Counted from the first letter of the stretch, positions 1 through 11,625 are shown. The stretch: DNA of 64,000 nt from Salpingoeca rosetta (GCA_033442325.1 JAWQFM010000011.1:1075162-1139161), one strand, 5' to 3'. Notes: generated from the letters alone by a model not told the origin. Translations and numbers: made by a program.

Positions 1-2092
1 GACGTACAGAGGTGTGTGTATTGGGTGGCGTTGAGTGGTAGCGTTGGAGTTGGTTGGGTGGCGTGAAGCAAAGTGAGTTGCCTTGACTGTGCTGCGTTGT
101 GTGGTGTGCGCTGCTGTTGTGCTGTGTGCGTTTGTGTTGGTGATTGCTTCGCCTGCTGAAAATATTTGGCGTGGAAGTACGCATTGGCGAAGCTTAGATC
201 GTTCTTTTTGATCTACCACATCTTTTTGCTTTGTGTGTATTATTTTGTTATTTTTGTGCGGGGAGACGGGGGGCGGGGCGTCGCTGCTTGCTGTGCGCGG
301 CGGTGGTGGTCATGCTTTGTCCGCTGGGAGCTTTGCGATGAAAGCTGTGGTGTATTGCTCACATGCCAGTGCCACTGGTTGTGTGTTTTGCCTTTGCTGT
401 TCTGTTGGCAGTGGCGCGGAATGGTCTGTCGAATGCCAGACGCAACGTGGTAGGTGGTGACCCTGTTGTGTGTGCGTGTGAGTGTGAGTGTGTGTATGTG
501 TGTGAGTGTTGTGTATAAGCATGAGCGTGAGTGTGTGTGTGTGCATATGTGGTGCTCGTGTTGTTGGGTGTTCTCGGATGCCCATTTGTGCGACGCTTGC
601 TGGCGTCGTGTTTGTCGCAAGCTCACGGTGCTTGCGCCTTGCCTCCTTTGCTGTTGTCGCTGTTGTCGCTGCTGTTGTCTTGGCAGGGTGGCGATCAGCC
701 TTCTTCTGGCCTTGCCTCAAGGCCACGTGTTGCCAGTGCTTTCGTGCCTCCACGCATCGACCCACCACGCCCACAGACCATACGCGCTTACCTTGCTGTC
801 TTCCTTTGCTGTGTGGTTCCTGCGGCTTGAGCGTGCTGCACGTCCATCTCCGGTGCCACGAGTTTCCCGCGTTATCCTTCTGGCGTTGCTGCTCGCCCAC
901 ATGCATCTGTGTGTGTGTGTGTGTGTGTCGTGTGTCGTATGCGTATCTTTGCTCAATCACTGTTGTCAGCTGTGCGTTGTGCGTGCTCTGCCGCTGCTTG
1001 GTCTGTGCTTCCTGATCCGAGTCGACTGCTTTCTTCTTGGTTGCTTGGTTGCTTGCCGTTCCTGTGTCATGCACAACACCAGTACACGTTCTTCTGCTCC
1101 GTTGGCACTCCCAGTATTCTGGCAACTCTGAATCTGCACATGCGCGCGCGCGTGTGTGTGTGATGTGTGTGTGTGTGTGATGTGTTGATGACGAGGATGG
1201 AGGGGGATGTCGTGTCAACTGCTGTGTCACTGCTGTGAGCGTGCTGGATCGAGCGGCGGCAGGCGTGGTCAGGGTGACTGGAAACTTGCCTTCATTCAGT
1301 TGCACGAGGGAAGCAAAGGGGCTGACTGATGTGAAGCGAAATCAGGCAATCACATGCGAGCTCTCGTCCATTGCGCGTCCTGACGTTCGTCCGTTGTGTG
1401 GAAGCGGCAGAGAAGTTTGGGCTGAGCAGATATTGCCGTCGCCTCATCATGCAGGGGAAGAGGTCGAAGATCTGTTGGTCCAGCCAGTGGCTCCTCTTTT
1501 CGGCTCCATTCGGGTCGCGCGTCCCGTCCGTTTCTTCATCGACAAGGGCCAGTCAACAAGGAGGGTCTGCCATTGTGGGGAAGAGCGCGTGTGAACAGTG
1601 GAAACAAGTGCAGAGTACTCGAGTATCGACACGATCCGGTGCTGTGCTTGCTTTGCCATGTACATAGACAGACTCAAGATGCTGCGGCTGGCGCCAAAAC
1701 AACACTGCAAGTCTGTGCTCAGTGCGGTGGCGCTGTGGTGTTGTGCTATGCTATGCTGTGCTGTGCTGTGCTGTGTTGTGTTGTTCTCTGCTGTGCTGTG
1801 TTGTGTTGTTCTCTGCTGTGCTCTAGTGCGCTGCGTGCAGTGCGTGCAGTGTTCTGTTGTGCGCTCCCGTGTGCTGAGGTGCTCTTTTGTGTGCCCTGTT
1901 TTGAGGCCGTCAGAGAGCAGACGAAAATGGCGCCAAGACAACACGAACTGAACACCTCTCATGTCTTCTCGTCTCTTGTATCCTGCATGCTTATGTGCTG
2001 TTCTTGTTGTCGTGCTATTGTGCTGCGTGGCTGCGTGCCCCAACCAGCCAGAGCCAACCAAAGAACCAACAAGAGCAGGCACGAGAACAGGT

Positions 2093-2114
2093 GGCGCGTT
2101 TGAATTTGGCGCCA
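2093..2114 (+). promoter_or_regulatory. Putative CHR (TTTGAA, 2099-2104) plus E2F (TTTGGCGC, 2105-2112) element upstream of the JmjC gene
   Basis: Sequence GGCGCGTTTGAATTTGGCGCCA about 120 bp before ATG 2236; matches the known metazoan CHR and E2F consensus. Function is inferred. Confidence 0.4.
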
Positions 2115-2235
2115 CAGCCGAGCAAACTGAATTCAGCCGATTGCGCAATTTGACTGGTGGTGGACAGCAACAAACACAACAACAGCCTCCTCAAGAAGCA
2201 ACAACCATTCATTGACTTGTTCATGACATCCGAAC

Positions 2236-3291
2236 ATGGCGACGGCGGCTCCAGGGGTTCGGCTTGCGTGTGGGCGGGTTGTTCGACAATGGGAGCGCAT
2301 ATGGCATCACGCGCTCCCGGTTCCCACCATATGCTTCCCATGCGGAGACAATGGTGCGCATTGCAGCCACAGCAGCGACCCAAGGCCGCACATCAATGGG
2401 ATGGATGAGCGATTGCTTGACACGATGCGCTCGGCGATGCAGCAAGAGCTCGAGCATGCGCGAGGAGACAAAGCCCCAGCAGCGACTGCACCAGAAAAGG
2501 GCTGGGAAGACTATCATGGGTGGCTGAGGGCCATTGTGAAGCACCACGCGGCTTCGCCGCTGCTCTTACGCGGCGCTGTGCAGCGCTGGCCGTGCGTGGA
2601 CCCGACTCATCCCAAGACCTGGCAGGGGCATGAGCGGTGGTTGCAGCTGCAGGATCGCGATGTTGCACTGGAAGCTGGCGTGTACACGGACAGCGGCTTC
2701 TCCATGAAGTCTGCGCGCCTCAAGGATTTTGTGAGCTACGTGATTGAATCTGAGCAGCAGAGTGCGCAATTTCCCGCGTCTTCGCCATCACCGCTCGCTG
2801 CGTCGGATGATGCACCACTGTATCTGGCGCAACAAGATGTTGATTCCCTGTTTCCTGAGCTGTGTGAAGACTTCCGGCTTCCCCTTCATCTCGACCCGAC
2901 ATCCTTGACCCAGAAGCTGATTTGGATCGGGCCCAGCAGCGTTGTGACGCCCCTGCATCGTGATCCGTCCCATAACCTCTTCTGCCAAGTTCGTGGTACG
3001 AAGCGGATTGTTCTTGTGGATGCGTCGCGCCGAGAGCCGCGCTTGCTGCCATCGCTGGACCCTCGCCGCCGCAATACGTCCACACTTGATCTGACGGCGC
3101 CGACACGGGAAATTGAGGAGCAGAGTCCCGGGTTCTGTGAGCTCCCACGTTTCTCCACCATCGTTTGCCCAGGCGACGTGCTTTTCATCCCACGTGACAT
3201 GTGGCACTTTGTTGAAGGCGTTGACGCGGAATTCGTGGTCTCTCTGTCCTTTATGTTTGACTACACCGGGCCCAGTCGGTTCAGGAGATGA
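2236..3291 (+). CDS. JmjC-only (cupin_8) Fe(II)/2-oxoglutarate hydroxylase, JMJD5/KDM8-like; apparently single exon
   Basis: Uninterrupted 351-aa ORF with PLLLRGAVQRWP, LYLAQQD, IWIGPSSVVTPLHRDPSHNLFCQVRGTKRIVL (HxD plus 2-OG Lys) and PGDVLFIPRDMWHFVE (distal His). Subfamily uncertain. Confidence 0.88.
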   Translation: MATAAPGVRLACGRVVRQWERIWHHALPVPTICFPCGDNGAHCSHSSDPRPHINGMDERLLDTMRSAMQQELEHARGDKAPAATAPEKGWEDYHGWLRAIVKHHAASPLLLRGAVQRWPCVDPTHPKTWQGHERWLQLQDRDVALEAGVYTDSGFSMKSARLKDFVSYVIESEQQSAQFPASSPSPLAASDDAPLYLAQQDVDSLFPELCEDFRLPLHLDPTSLTQKLIWIGPSSVVTPLHRDPSHNLFCQVRGTKRIVLVDASRREPRLLPSLDPRRRNTSTLDLTAPTREIEEQSPGFCELPRFSTIVCPGDVLFIPRDMWHFVEGVDAEFVVSLSFMFDYTGPSRFRR

Positions 3292-3777
3292 CCATGAGCC
3301 GTGCACGGCTGTACCGGCTGCATGTGATCGCTGCTGATCATGTGTTGTGCTCGCTTTGTGTGTTTGTTTTGTGTGCATGTGTGTGCATGTGTGTTCGCTG
3401 TGTGTGTTTGTTGTGTGCATGTGCATGTGCATGTGTGTGCATGTGTGTTCGCTGTGTGTTTGTTGTGTGTGTGTGTTCGCTGTGTGTGTTTGTTGTGTGT
3501 GTGTGTGTGTGTGTTATCTGTCGTGTTCTCCGTCCATGTACCCCTCTTTCTCTGTGTTTTCAAGGCACCATCCTGTTTGAGTTGAGTGGCCTTGCATGGA
3601 TTGTGTTTTGCTGACCACACGTGTGTTTGCCGGCCCATGTTCGTTCGTTTGTCCGATTGGGTTTGCCCCTGCTTGTGTTACAGTGACTCTTCTAAGAACC
3701 AAACTTAAGTTGATACGAACTCAACATTCAAGGCAGCCAAGCGGCTGCACAATGCTACATGGAGCAAAACGTACATG

Positions 3778-3778
<1 letters not shown>

Positions 3779-3852
<74 letters not shown>
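3779..3852. repeat. (CA)n microsatellite between the convergent JmjC and oxidoreductase 3' ends
   Basis: Direct read. Confidence 0.95.
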
Positions 3853-3855
<3 letters not shown>

Positions 3856-3969
3856 GTGTTTTGAGTCACATTGTGTCAGCAGCAGCAGCAGCAGCAGCAG
3901 CAGCTGTAGCTGTAGCACAAACAGCGGGGAAGCAGGAGGCGAGCAAAGCCCGTCGTGCCGACAAGCAAG

Positions 3970-4834
3970 CTAGAGGGCGACGGCAACAAACGCGCCATCC
4001 TGCTTGGCGGACGCAGCACATGCGTCGAGGACAGCCTGTGTCTTGAGAGACACATCCTTCCAGAACTGCCACGTCTCCAGCGGGTTGGTGGACGCATCAG
4101 AGGCCTCCTTGCCCTTGGCAACGAGCCGAGCAAAGCGCTCCCACATGCACTGCTCCTGGCAGCAGCCCTTGACCGTGACGATGGTGGTGGTGTCAGACAC
4201 CGTCTGGTGGTCGGAGTTGGGGCCCGAGTCCGTGATGACGGAGAATTGCACCTCCTCAGGCGTGCGCTCAAGCACAAAGTCGTCCAGCACAATCTGGCCG
4301 TTGGGCCCGCTGATGTCAAGCGTCTGCCGGAATGCGTGGTGGAAGCTGCTGTGGAAGGTGGCGCGTCGCTCGTCGCCGTACACCATCGTCGCGGTGACCT
4401 CGCTCGGCAGGTTCTTGCCGTCGACGTTGCGGTGCGAGTGCACAGAGACGCGTGCGGGGATGTCCCAGCCATATGCCATCATGGTGGCACGGATGTTGTA
4501 CCAGCCGAGGTCGCCGAGCGCGCTAAAGGGCTCCAGGTCCGGGGACATGCGGATATCGTTGGACAGGAAGTCGTCGCTGCCGGAGAAGGAGAAGCCAGAG
4601 TTGACGAATGTGGCGGGTCCAACCTTGGCCACTTGCTCCTGCACACGCTGCACGCGGTCGTGATGCATGAACATGACCTGTGCCATTGCGCGTGTTCGTG
4701 TTGTGTGAGAGAGGGAGAGGGAGAGCTGGGGCGTGGTGTGTAGAGCATGCAAGGTCGACAGACACATCGACAGGCACACAGACACAGCCAGACACAGACA
4801 CAGACACAGGCACACAGACACAGGCACACAAGAC

Positions 4835-4867
<33 letters not shown>

Positions 4868-5841
4868 GACACAGACACACCAGAGCACAGGTGTTTGGTT
4901 GTGTGCGACAGGCGCGATCACTCCACACGCACACACACACACACACACACACGCTCTCTCTCTCTCTCTCGCACACGAAGCACTCACGCCGTCCATCCAC
5001 AAGACTTGGTTGTCCTCGCATGCCTTGATCATCTCCTTCAGCTCGGCCAGGCTGCAAGTTGAGATGGTGGATGAATTTGGTTGAGGCTCTTCAGCAAGGT
5101 GCATCACTTGAGTCAGAGCACATGGTCACACCATACATATACGCACGCACACATATACAGCCCAAGCAGCTTTCACCACATCCACACACGATGTATGACA
5201 AACATAGTTAATAACCTCGTTGCGGCCGGCTTCTCGCACAGAATGTGCTTGCCTGCTTTGGCGGCCTTGATCACCCACTCAGCCCGCAACGCTGTTGGCA
5301 GCGGGATGTACACTGCCTGCACGTTCGCATCAGCGAGCATCTCTTCATACGTGCCATACGCCTTGCTCACGCCTGGACATCCATGCGAAGCACATCACCA
5401 AAATCATGAGCATCACCACAAAGTGCACTCACAGACACAGACACAGACACAGATAGACATAGATGCACACGCACATAGACACACAGACACGCACACGCAC
5501 ACAGACACACAGACACAGCAAGTCCGACATGACCGCGACAAAGGAAGGTGTCACGGCACATCACGGCACATTATCGTCGACAGCTGCTTCAACAGCGCTT
5601 GTTCATACATGTCGCCGCCTGTGATACGACGACGACAACACCCCTTGCGTGAAATGAAGAGATGATCACATGCACTGCCCTCACTGGGCGTACCTTGTTC
5701 TTTCGCAAACGCCTCTGCCTTTTCCAGCGAGCGGGAGGCGACGCCGACCACTTCGGCGCCGGCGGCTTTTCCAATGGCCTGAATGGTCTTCTTGCCAATA
5801 AAGGCGGTGCTCATGATACCCACACGCAAAGGGGACTCCAT
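3970..5841 (-). CDS. Gfo/Idh/MocA-family NAD(P)-dependent oxidoreductase (resembles plant At4g09670-type), 4 exons
   Basis: Exons ~5841-5694 (MESPLRVGIMSTAFIG...VGVASRSLEKAEAFA), ~5372-5216 (YGTYEEMLAD..VQAVYIPLPTALRAEWVIKAAKAGKHILCEKP), ~5050-4988 (ACEDNQVLWMDG), 4677-3970 (VMFMHH..FSFSGSDDFLSNDIR..ALGDLGWYNIR); GT-AG boundaries. Confidence 0.9.
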
Positions 5842-6017
5842 GATGATGGTAGATGCGGGTGCTGGTTGCTGGCTGTTGCGGCTCCAAGATCAAGTCGTGG
5901 CGAATGATGATGGTGGTTGACGTGTGGTGGTTGTTGTGCAGCGTGGTGGCCTTTCTTGTGTTGTCAGCAGCACTGAACTCGCTACTTTATTTGATGTCGG
6001 TCAAAGAGGTTGAGCTG

Positions 6018-6033
6018 CCGCGAAAATTTTGAA
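6018..6033 (+). promoter_or_regulatory. Putative E2F (reverse TTTCGCGG, 6018-6025) plus CHR (TTTGAA, 6028-6033) element upstream of Spindly
   Basis: CCGCGAAAATTTTGAA lies 7 bp before the Spindly ATG, within the 199-bp divergent spacer. Confidence 0.45.
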
Positions 6034-6040
6034 TGCGAAG

Positions 6041-7394
6041 ATGGACGTCACAGCGGAACAAGTGGAGATTGAGCGGCTGCGCGAGGTCAGCGGCGATGGG
6101 TGTGCGTGCGCGTGTGTGATGTCTGTGTGGTGTGTGTGCGTGTGCGTGTGTGATATGTGTGTGTGCGTGTGTGATGTCTGTGTGATATGTGTGTGTGTGT
6201 GTGTGATTGCTCCTTTTCTTCTCAATAGCTGTCTCTGCACCTGCAACCAACTACAACACACACACGCACGCACGCACACGCACACACACACATGACATGA
6301 ATGCCGTCTTAGGAGCTGCAACATGCGCACTCGCAGCTCAAGGCAAAGGAGGAGAAGCTTACACTTGCTGCAAGCTATGGCGTGGTACGTGGTTTAGAGC
6401 ACTTGCAATTTACAGCGCCGTCACAGCCACTCCTTGCTGGTTCACACTCCAACCCCCAACTCACCCACGGGCATCGACTCGCAATGCTTGACAGCATATG
6501 AGCGTACTCTTGTTCCCACATGTACCCTGTATCCCGTCAAACACACGTGTTCTCACACCCACTCACACATGGCAGAAACTGTTGAACGAGAACAAGACGC
6601 TGGCAGAGCAGCATGAGGCCATGGTGCATGAGAAGGATGAGCTCGTCCAATCTCTTGAAGAGGAGCTGCACCGCCTCAAAGGCCAGGCAAAGCAGCACGC
6701 TGCCGAGCAGGAATACGTGACAGACCTTGAGGCAGAGAACGAGCGCATTCGTCGAGAGGTACATCCACCTTTTGTGTTGAGGTCACCATGGTGTGTTTGT
6801 GGCGATTGCTCACTGCAAACAGTAATCCCAAGTAAGTTGTGACGCGGCTCGCACATGTGCTGTCTGCATGCCACCGCTGCTCACCCTTTGCGTTTTTGTT
6901 CTTCAGTGCGATTCGTGGCTCAAGAAAGCAGAGGCAGCGGCCAAGGAGCGAAAAGAACTGAAAGATGAGATTGCGCGTCTGCGGAACGCGGAGACAGATG
7001 CCGATGACCGCGCTCGCGTCCTCGAAGCAAAAATCAAGCAGCAGGAAGCACGCATCCAGGAGCTGGAGGTAAGGCGTGCGGGCGGTGTGCATGTGTATTT
7101 GCGCATGTATATGTATGTGTGTGAGGGTGTACGCGTATGTGTGTGTACGTGTATGTGTGTGTGTGTGTGTGAGTGCGTCGTGTCATTGAGTGTTGCGTTT
7201 TCTCGTTCGGATATTGAAAGATTGAGAGATGCAAGCAATTGGCGCGCTTCAACCACACGTCACTGCATTCACTCATACGTACTGGTTGCAATTTGCCTCG
7301 CTCAGGAGCAAGTGCAATGCTCTTTCAAAAACGATACGATGGATGAAGAGTTTGCAAATGCACAAGCCGAAATCGCCCGCCTCCGCGTAAGACG

Positions 7395-7459
<65 letters not shown>

Positions 7460-9807
7460 TCACACACACGCACACACACACACACACACACGCGCGCGTG
7501 CGCGCGCGCACTCTCACTCTCTCTCACTCACACACTTTCTTGCACTCTCACTCTCTCTCACTCACACACTTTCTTGTGTGCGGCTGTTTCGTTTCAGGGC
7601 ATCCTGAGCAAACTTCAAATGGAAAAGACGGAATCCGAGAACATGCTTTCCCAGCTCCAGCAGCGTGAGTGTTGATTCCAGCACTGCTTGCGCTTTGCCT
7701 GTCTTTGCCAGCGCTCGGCCACACTTGTTCGCTCACCATGTGCTGATGCTTGGATTTTGCTCACCGTTGTCTTGACATGGTCAGGCTACGCGTCCAGCGA
7801 AGAGCTTGTGGCGGACCTGCGCAACGTCGTCGAAGACAAGTGCGTTGTGCAGTACAAGTGCGGGTGCATTCTTGTTTGCCTCTCATGTGTTATCAAGACG
7901 GCCAATGATGTGCCTTCTTCACGTGCCAACACACAAACACCACACACACACACACACTCACACACACAAACACAAAAACACAACACACATGCACAAAAAC
8001 ACAACACACACACACACACATACATAGATCTGAGGCGCTGAAGACGGCAAGAGACGATGCGGAACGCGCCCGTACCGAGTTGCAGATGGTGCAAGCAAAG
8101 CTTGACTCTTACCAGTCGTCCAACGGAGAAATGGGAGCGGGACTGGACTTGTTCTCAGGTCGGGGAAAGGGAGAAAAAGTGGGGACTGTTGTGTCTCTTG
8201 CTGTGTCCATTCATTTTTGAGTGTTACCCACCGCCCCCTTGCATAGCTGGCGCCATGTCACGACACACGCACACACACACACATACATGCGCGCACGCTC
8301 ACATACACACACACACACGCACGCTCACATACACACACCACCATCTTGCATTCAACACGGCTCATCATGACAGAGGTTGAGGACAAGCGTCAGGCACTGG
8401 AAGACGCCGTCGCTCAAATGAAGGTGGTGCAGTTTTTGTGTTTAATTGTATCTTGTCCTCACAGTGTGGTGTGTAGCGGCAGTACCTGTTGTGATGGTCA
8501 ATCCACTGTTGTGCTGTGTGTCTCTCAATATCTGAGCCACACATCCCCTCGTGCTCTCTCTTTCCACGCACTCACTCACTTGCCAACGCTCACTTACTTA
8601 CTCACACAATGGCAACACTACATTCTATTCCCTCCGCCTTTATCTGTGTTCAGCGCCAAGTGTCGCGCGTGCGAAAGAGGTGCGAGCTGGCAGAGCAGCA
8701 GAGGAAGCAGCTGCAGGCGCGACTGAGTGTCGTCACGCAGCTGCAATCCAGCAAGGCAGACGAATCGAAGCTGCTGCGTCTTGAGCAGGCGCTGTCACAG
8801 GCGCGCAGCGAGTCGCATACGCAACAGAGGCAACTCAAGAAGCTACAGCAGCAACTGGACCAGGTAACACGGGGGAAGAGACGAGCACAAGAGGAGGGGG
8901 CGGCGGTGAAATGTTACATGCTGCGAAGTGCTGTGGATCTCACGCGGCGAAGATGATGAGCGGGCGATAAGTCTGGCCGAAAAAAAAAAAACATTTGATG
9001 AGGCCCCTGTCACACGCGAAGCTGTGGTTGAATCTCACGTTTGTTTTTTGACGTTCCCTCTTGTGTACAAACAGAGCAGCCACCTTCTTCGCAGCCAACA
9101 CGCCGCCGCAGATGGCAACTCAGACAACGCATACGTGCAGTTCCTCCAAACGGGTACGGGCATGCATGGTTTTGTGCGTCAGCGTTGAGTTGTATGTATG
9201 CGTGCCTGAGCTTGCTTGTGTGTACACGTTTTAGAGTGCATTGGCGTGTGCGGATGCAAGTGCCGTTCTGTGGTGACAACTTGGGGTGCTGGAACTGATG
9301 TTTGTTTACTGATGGCAATTCAGAACTGGATGAGAAGACAGCGCAGATTCGCCGCTTGACGAATGAAGTGCAGACAAAGGCGTTCCTTTGCATCAGGTCA
9401 GAATGTGAACAAATCACACCACCCATTGGCAGATGCGCTGGCTGTGCTGCTTTGGTTCACCCTCAAGTTCAAGTACCAGCGTGCATGCGCCACGCACTCA
9501 CAAACGCACACGCATCCACAAACTACGCGCACGGCACATTGTCAGCGAGTCGCGAAAGGTGCGGGAGTACGAGAGCCAGTTGCACGAAGCAGAACGTCGC
9601 AACGAGCAGCTCACTGTGGAGATGATGGAGAAGGACATGAAGTTGGAGGAGCACAGAATGATGCGTAAGTACGCGCCAACGTGTTGTTGAAGCACATCTG
9701 GTGATACCCGTCTGTTTCACGTGCAAACGTTTGCTCTGCAAAAGGGCAGGTGCTGACGGAGTAATTGCCACCCTCAAACACACGCTCACACACACACACA
9801 CAAACCG

Positions 9808-9845
<38 letters not shown>

Positions 9846-10476
9846 AACGTACTCATTCACTCTAAACATTCGCACACACATCTTCACAATGGTACGTGGC
9901 CAACGCAGTTGAGATGGCAAAGGTTGAGGCAGCAGCAGCTGCGCAGCTGGAAGCGGAGGAAGAGGCCAAACAGGCTAGCAAAGATAAGGACAGCGGGGCA
10001 AAGCAGAAGCAACAGCAACAAAGCACGCGCCAACCGCTGGGGGATGCCTCGAACACAGGGCCCACGGCAGCCACACCAAAGCCAAAGGCACGAATGGGTG
10101 TTGCATTCTCTTCGCCCATCGCGCCCGTGGACGATGGCAAGCAGCGCGACATCAGCTTGGACATTTCCGCCATCAGCACCTCTTCGCCTGCGCAAGTCGT
10201 TCACAGCGGTAGCAGCGCTGCGAATGCAAGCCTGCGTCTTCATCGCCGCGCACGAGACATGCGCCGTGGTGCGCTGGCACGTGCAAGCGACCTTGGTGCT
10301 GATGATGGCAGCGACAAGCACAACAGCAGCGTTGGAAGCGTGAGTGGCAGCTTTGGTGGTGACGTGGCTGTTTCCGGCTTTGCTTCTACACCCACGTCTT
10401 CCCACCGGAAACACCACGCAGCCGATAGCAGTGGCATTGCATGCGACACTGGCGTGCCTGGTGAGTGATCTGTGTG

Positions 10477-10550
<74 letters not shown>

Positions 10551-10799
10551 GAGAACGATCTACGTGCGAGTTTGTTTGTGTACTTGTGTGTTTGTGTGGT
10601 CTGCGGGTATGTTCCTCTGTGCACGCTTGCACGCCATCGTGTTGAAGATTTGCACATCTTTCGTTGCGCATGACTGACGTGCGCTTCCTGTCTCTTGGTG
10701 TTTGCAGCAGTGCCGCAGTCCACGGTGGAGCAGAAAATCACGCGCATGAAGATCTCTGCACCGGCCGAGGACAACAGCGTCGATTGCAACACGCAGTGA
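6041..10799 (+). CDS. SPDL1: Spindly (SPDL1/CCDC99) kinetochore dynein-dynactin adaptor, multi-exon coiled-coil protein
   Basis: Spliced: MDVTAEQVEIERLRE|..EEKLTLAASYGV|KLLNEN (CC1 box AAxxG); GLDLFSE-VEDKR joined across intron 8159-8373 (Spindly motif, cf. GNSLFxEVEDRR); long heptad coiled coils; C-terminus ..AEDNSVDCNTQ* (CaaX, cf. human CPQQ). Confidence 0.85.
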
Positions 10800-10814
10800 T
10801 GTCATCACATGTGC

Positions 10815-10859
<45 letters not shown>

Positions 10860-11010
10860 CCAGCAGAAAGGCACAAGCTTCCTACAAGTCAGAACACTCA
10901 ATTAAACGGTCTGATTTACTGTGCGTACAGAGCCCAACGCCAACAATCTCAAAGAGGCACATGGACGGCACGTACGCACGAACACACACAGACACACAGT
11001 TTACGAAGCC

Positions 11011-11625
11011 TTAGCTCTGCGTGGTGGGTGTGGCTGCAAGCTCATCAAACACGCTCATGTGAACGATACGGGGTGAAGGCACAGCACCGCTCTGTGTACT
11101 GGCTGTTGTTTGCGGAGTTGAGGGTGAAGAGACAGTCTGCTGATGCGGTGCATGCTCCGTAGAGTCCATTCCATTCTGGTCGGCGCTTTCGTCCGCAAAC
11201 GCTTCAATGAATGTCTGGAGAACAACGACGACGACAGCGACAATGATGATGACGATGTCATGCTTAGTTCGGGGAGGCCAAATGGTGAATGACCCGCACA
11301 TAAAAGTCGACATGACATCAACACAACAACAGACAGATGGGCAAGAAAAGTGCACAGCGCGAACAAACATGAGGGGGCAAGCCACCAGGGGGTTTGACAA
11401 CCGACCTTTGCCAGGGACGTTCGCACATCCGATTGCGCAAGAGTGCCCGTGGCATCAGGCAGCCGGACAAGCGATGGTCTGTGGAGCAGAGGAGCCAACA
11501 TCAGTGTGAGAGGCGACTGGGTACCATGGCACGAGTGTCCCGCGACCGACCCACAGCCACGCAGACATGACAGCCAGGGAGACATGACTGACAGACACAG
11601 AGGCAGGCAGAAAGACGGGCTGACA

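Noticed and set aside
3955-4743. Long antisense ORFs over the oxidoreductase (and similar ones over VPS13B exons)
   Set aside because: Expected shadow ORFs from GC-rich codon usage; no motifs.
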